From Candidatus Falkowbacteria bacterium (GTDB lineage: Bacteria; Patescibacteriota; Patescibacteriia; Patescibacteriales; GWE2-39-37), in contig JAAXUA010000003.1 in NCBI GenBank assembly GCA_013336275.1, forward strand, positions 130,698 through 194,697: a stretch of 64,000 nt of DNA. Reading direction: 5' to 3'. A model generated the notes under the pieces. That model did no database searches. It saw only the letters and a list, made by a program, of their open reading frames with translations, and had not been told where the DNA came from. Position 1 is the stretch's first letter. Each line of letters starts with the position of its first letter. This document shows, piece after piece, positions 60,353 to 64,000 of the stretch. The position numbers were made by a program, and so were the translations under genes.

Positions 60353-61045
60353 ATGAAAGAATTAGCAGAGCTGGAGCGCATCGTCGGCCTTCAGTTTAAG
60401 AACAAAAGCCTTCTGAAACAGGCCGTGGTTCATCGTTCCTATCTCAATGAGCATCCTGATGCTGACACTTCGCATAACGAACGCCTGGAATTTTTGGGTG
60501 ACGCCGTTTTGGAAATCATCGTCACCGAGCATCTTTTCCACAAATTTCCTGACACGCCAGAGGGTGATTTGACCAATTGGCGGGCCAGTTTGGTAAACGC
60601 CAAGATGCTGGCCAAGGTGGCTCAGGAGCTGGAGATAGAAGAGTTCTTGTACTTATCCAAAGGCGAGGCCAAAGATAAGAATTCCAAGGCGAGGCAGTAT
60701 ATCCTGGCTAATGCAATCGAAGCGCTTATCGGTGCGATGTATCTTGACCAAGGCACGGAACCGGCGAAGCGTTTTATCGACGTCAACATCCTTGCCAAAC
60801 TCCAGTTTATCCTTTCCAATGAGCTATACTTGGATCCAAAATCTAAATTCCAAGAGCGCGCCCAGGAGCAGTACAAGGTGACACCGCATTACAAAATATT
60901 GAACGAGACCGGGCCGGATCATGCCAAAACTTTCGAAGTAGGCGTATATTTGGGCGAGGAGCTTGTGGCTAAAGGCAAGGGGTCATCTAAACAGGAAGCT
61001 CAAGTTGACGCCGCCGCCAAAGCTGTGAAAAAATTGAAGTGGTAA
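60353..61045 (+). CDS. rnc: ribonuclease III
   Basis: HRSYLNEH...NERLEFLGDAVLE (RNase III signature) and a C-terminal dsRBD (GPDHAKTFEV...GSSKQEAQVDAA). Start set at ATG 60353. Confidence 0.9.
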   Translation: MKELAELERIVGLQFKNKSLLKQAVVHRSYLNEHPDADTSHNERLEFLGDAVLEIIVTEHLFHKFPDTPEGDLTNWRASLVNAKMLAKVAQELEIEEFLYLSKGEAKDKNSKARQYILANAIEALIGAMYLDQGTEPAKRFIDVNILAKLQFILSNELYLDPKSKFQERAQEQYKVTPHYKILNETGPDHAKTFEVGVYLGEELVAKGKGSSKQEAQVDAAAKAVKKLKW

Positions 61046-61064
61046 TTTAAAATTTGGAAATAAC

Positions 61065-61092
61065 AAAAAAACAGCCCCAAGGCTGTTTTTTG
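61065..61092 (+). terminator. intrinsic terminator after rnc
   Basis: AAAAAAA-ACAGCC-CCAA-GGCTGT-TTTTT. Confidence 0.75.
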
Positions 61093-61124
61093 TTTTGGCT
61101 ATTCGTGGTATTATTAATTTGAAT

Positions 61125-61140
61125 CCTGCCTATAGGCAGG
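61125..61140. repeat. hairpin CCTGCC-TATA-GGCAGG (same stem family)
   Basis: Read directly, 22 nt upstream of the pilT ATG. Not followed by a T-run. Confidence 0.8.
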
Positions 61141-61162
61141 CGGATTAAAATTATAAACTACC

Positions 61163-62215
61163 ATGACAATACTCGAAATCTTCCAAAGCGCTGTCGCCTC
61201 TAAAGCTTCTGATGTTCACTTGGTTGTGAATATGCCGCCGATGTTGCGTGTCGATGGCGAGCTCTTGGATCTCGATGCCAAGGTCCTGACGGCCAAGGAA
61301 GTCGAGACTCTGAGCTTCTCCTTGATTTCTAAGGAAGAAAAAGAGAGGTTTCTAGCTACCAAGGAATTGGATTTCGGCTATGAGATGAACGATAAGACCC
61401 GTTTCCGTATCAATCTTTTTTTCGAGAAAGGAAATATCGGCATGGTTGCGCGCGTCATTTCCAATGAAATACCGACGCTCGAAAGCGTCAGCACCCCAGA
61501 GATAGTTTATGAATTGCTGAATCTGAATCAAGGCCTGATTCTAGTCACTGGCCCGACCGGCTGCGGCAAGTCGACAACCCTTGCGGCGATGATCAATTTT
61601 ATCAATCAGAAACGCCGTGCCAACATCATCACGCTGGAAGATCCGATCGAATATATTTTTAAATCAGATAAGAGCGTTATCGTGCAGCGTCAACTCGGCA
61701 GCGATATGGTGAATTTTTCAGAAGGGTTGAAGCATGCGTTGCGCCAGGATCCGAACGTCATCATGGTTGGCGAGATGCGAGACTTGGAGACGATCGCTAC
61801 CACCATCACCTTGGCCGAAACCGGTCACTTGGTGCTGGCCACCTTGCATACTTATAGCGCTTCACAGACCATCGACCGTATTATTGATATTTTTCCTCCC
61901 CATCAGCAGAACCAGGTGCGTATGCAGTTATCAACAACCTTGGCCGGAATCATTTCCCAGCGCCTGATCCCGCGCAAGCAGGGCGGGCGCGTAGCTGCTC
62001 GAGAAATCATGATCAACATCCCGGCAGTCTCCAATCTGATCCGGGAAAACAAGATCGCCCAGTTGCGCACCGTCATTGAGACCAATTCCAAGAAGGGTAT
62101 GGTCTCGATGGATCAGGATTTAAAGCGTCTGTTCAGCGAAAATATCATTTCCAAGGAAGTAGCCCAAAGTTACATGGAAAATCCCGAGTTTATTGAGAAG
62201 TTTCACTTAATATAA
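61163..62215 (+). CDS. pilT: type IV pilus retraction ATPase PilT
   Basis: ASDVHLVVNMPPMLRVDGEL, Walker A GPTGCGKST, RQDPNVIMVGEMRD, LATLHT; 350 aa. Confidence 0.85.
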   Translation: MTILEIFQSAVASKASDVHLVVNMPPMLRVDGELLDLDAKVLTAKEVETLSFSLISKEEKERFLATKELDFGYEMNDKTRFRINLFFEKGNIGMVARVISNEIPTLESVSTPEIVYELLNLNQGLILVTGPTGCGKSTTLAAMINFINQKRRANIITLEDPIEYIFKSDKSVIVQRQLGSDMVNFSEGLKHALRQDPNVIMVGEMRDLETIATTITLAETGHLVLATLHTYSASQTIDRIIDIFPPHQQNQVRMQLSTTLAGIISQRLIPRKQGGRVAAREIMINIPAVSNLIRENKIAQLRTVIETNSKKGMVSMDQDLKRLFSENIISKEVAQSYMENPEFIEKFHLI

Positions 62216-62279
62216 AATAGCTAATATTAAATAAAATAATGGAAATTCCACCCCCGGAATTATTTTTAGGTTTGAGGGG

Positions 62280-62307
62280 TTGACAGGGGTGGAAAATACT
62301 GTATAAT
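62280..62307 (+). promoter_or_regulatory. near-consensus promoter TTGACA-16-TATAAT (TG immediately upstream of the -10)
   Basis: TTGACA at 62280-62285 and TATAAT at 62302-62307, about 350 nt upstream of the 23S 5' end. Confidence 0.6.
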
Positions 62308-62402
62308 AGTAATTACTTTTAACTTGACTTACGCTATGTGTAAAAAACTTTTAGCCTTAGTAAGTAAAAGCGGTTAGATCCAGCTATTTTTGGTTGGTAC
62401 TG

Positions 62403-62424
62403 CCGCTCGGACGAGCGGTTTTTT
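62403..62424 (+). terminator. terminator-like hairpin in the 23S upstream leader
   Basis: CCGCTC-GGAC-GAGCGG followed by TTTTTT. Confidence 0.5.
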
Positions 62425-62519
62425 GTTTCTTAAATTGAAAATTCATTAAAGGCTGAAACTTGTTGCCCTCTAGCACTAATCTTCAGCCTTGAATGGCATT
62501 TAGGCCCTCGGGTCGGACT

Positions 62520-62548
62520 TTGACAACAGAATACTGATTATCTATTAT
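62520..62548 (+). promoter_or_regulatory. second promoter TTGACA-17-TATTAT upstream of 23S
   Basis: The -10 is overlapped by a 12-bp perfect inverted repeat TGATTATCTATT/AATAGATAATCA (62535-62570). Confidence 0.5.
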
Positions 62549-62654
62549 CACGACAAAAAATAGATAATCACGCATATTGAGGATAGTAAAAAGAATCAAA
62601 TGTTAACGATAAAAGCAAAGAGAATCCGCACTTAGACTTTAAAAGTAGAAGTGT

Positions 62655-64000
<1,346 letters not shown>

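Overview
The window looks like a chromosomal segment from a small-genome, CPR/Patescibacteria-like bacterium; that assignment is inference. It uses the standard genetic code, since TGA is used as a stop. Most of it is compact housekeeping: rpsO-NYN-pnp, nusA, hppA, tig, smpB-ssrA, infC-rpmI-rplT, secG, rnj, rpmF, nusB, rnc, pilT, five intact tRNAs, and the 5' ~1.3 kb of a 23S rRNA with its own promoters and no 16S upstream. Around these sit accessory transporters (MFS, P-type ATPase, ABC-2, MATE, EamA, MacB/FtsX-like), a lexA-dinB SOS unit, a RecQ-like helicase, a GH3 glycosidase and two TrmB-like regulators. I recognised no CRISPR array, transposase, integrase or reverse transcriptase.

The most unusual locus is 41.7-50.3 kb. 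It encodes a RavA/MoxR-like AAA+ ATPase, a membrane-tethered VWA protein, and an 1800-aa signal-anchored alpha-2-macroglobulin (A2M) homologue. The A2M homologue has no C-x-E-Q thioester motif. It carries a complete 130-aa Hint (intein-like) domain at the position where A2Ms have their protease bait. A Sec-signal Memo-like protein follows directly.

The second notable signal is an identical 20-nt perfect palindrome, CCTGCCTGCCGGCAGGCAGG. It is inserted precisely into the D-loop of degenerate duplicate copies of two different tRNA genes (Gly-GCC and Leu-CAG). Related CCTGCC-N4-GGCAGG hairpins occur in two other intergenic regions.

All calls rest on reading the translations and sequence by eye. 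No database search or folding computation was run, and family names come from motif recognition.
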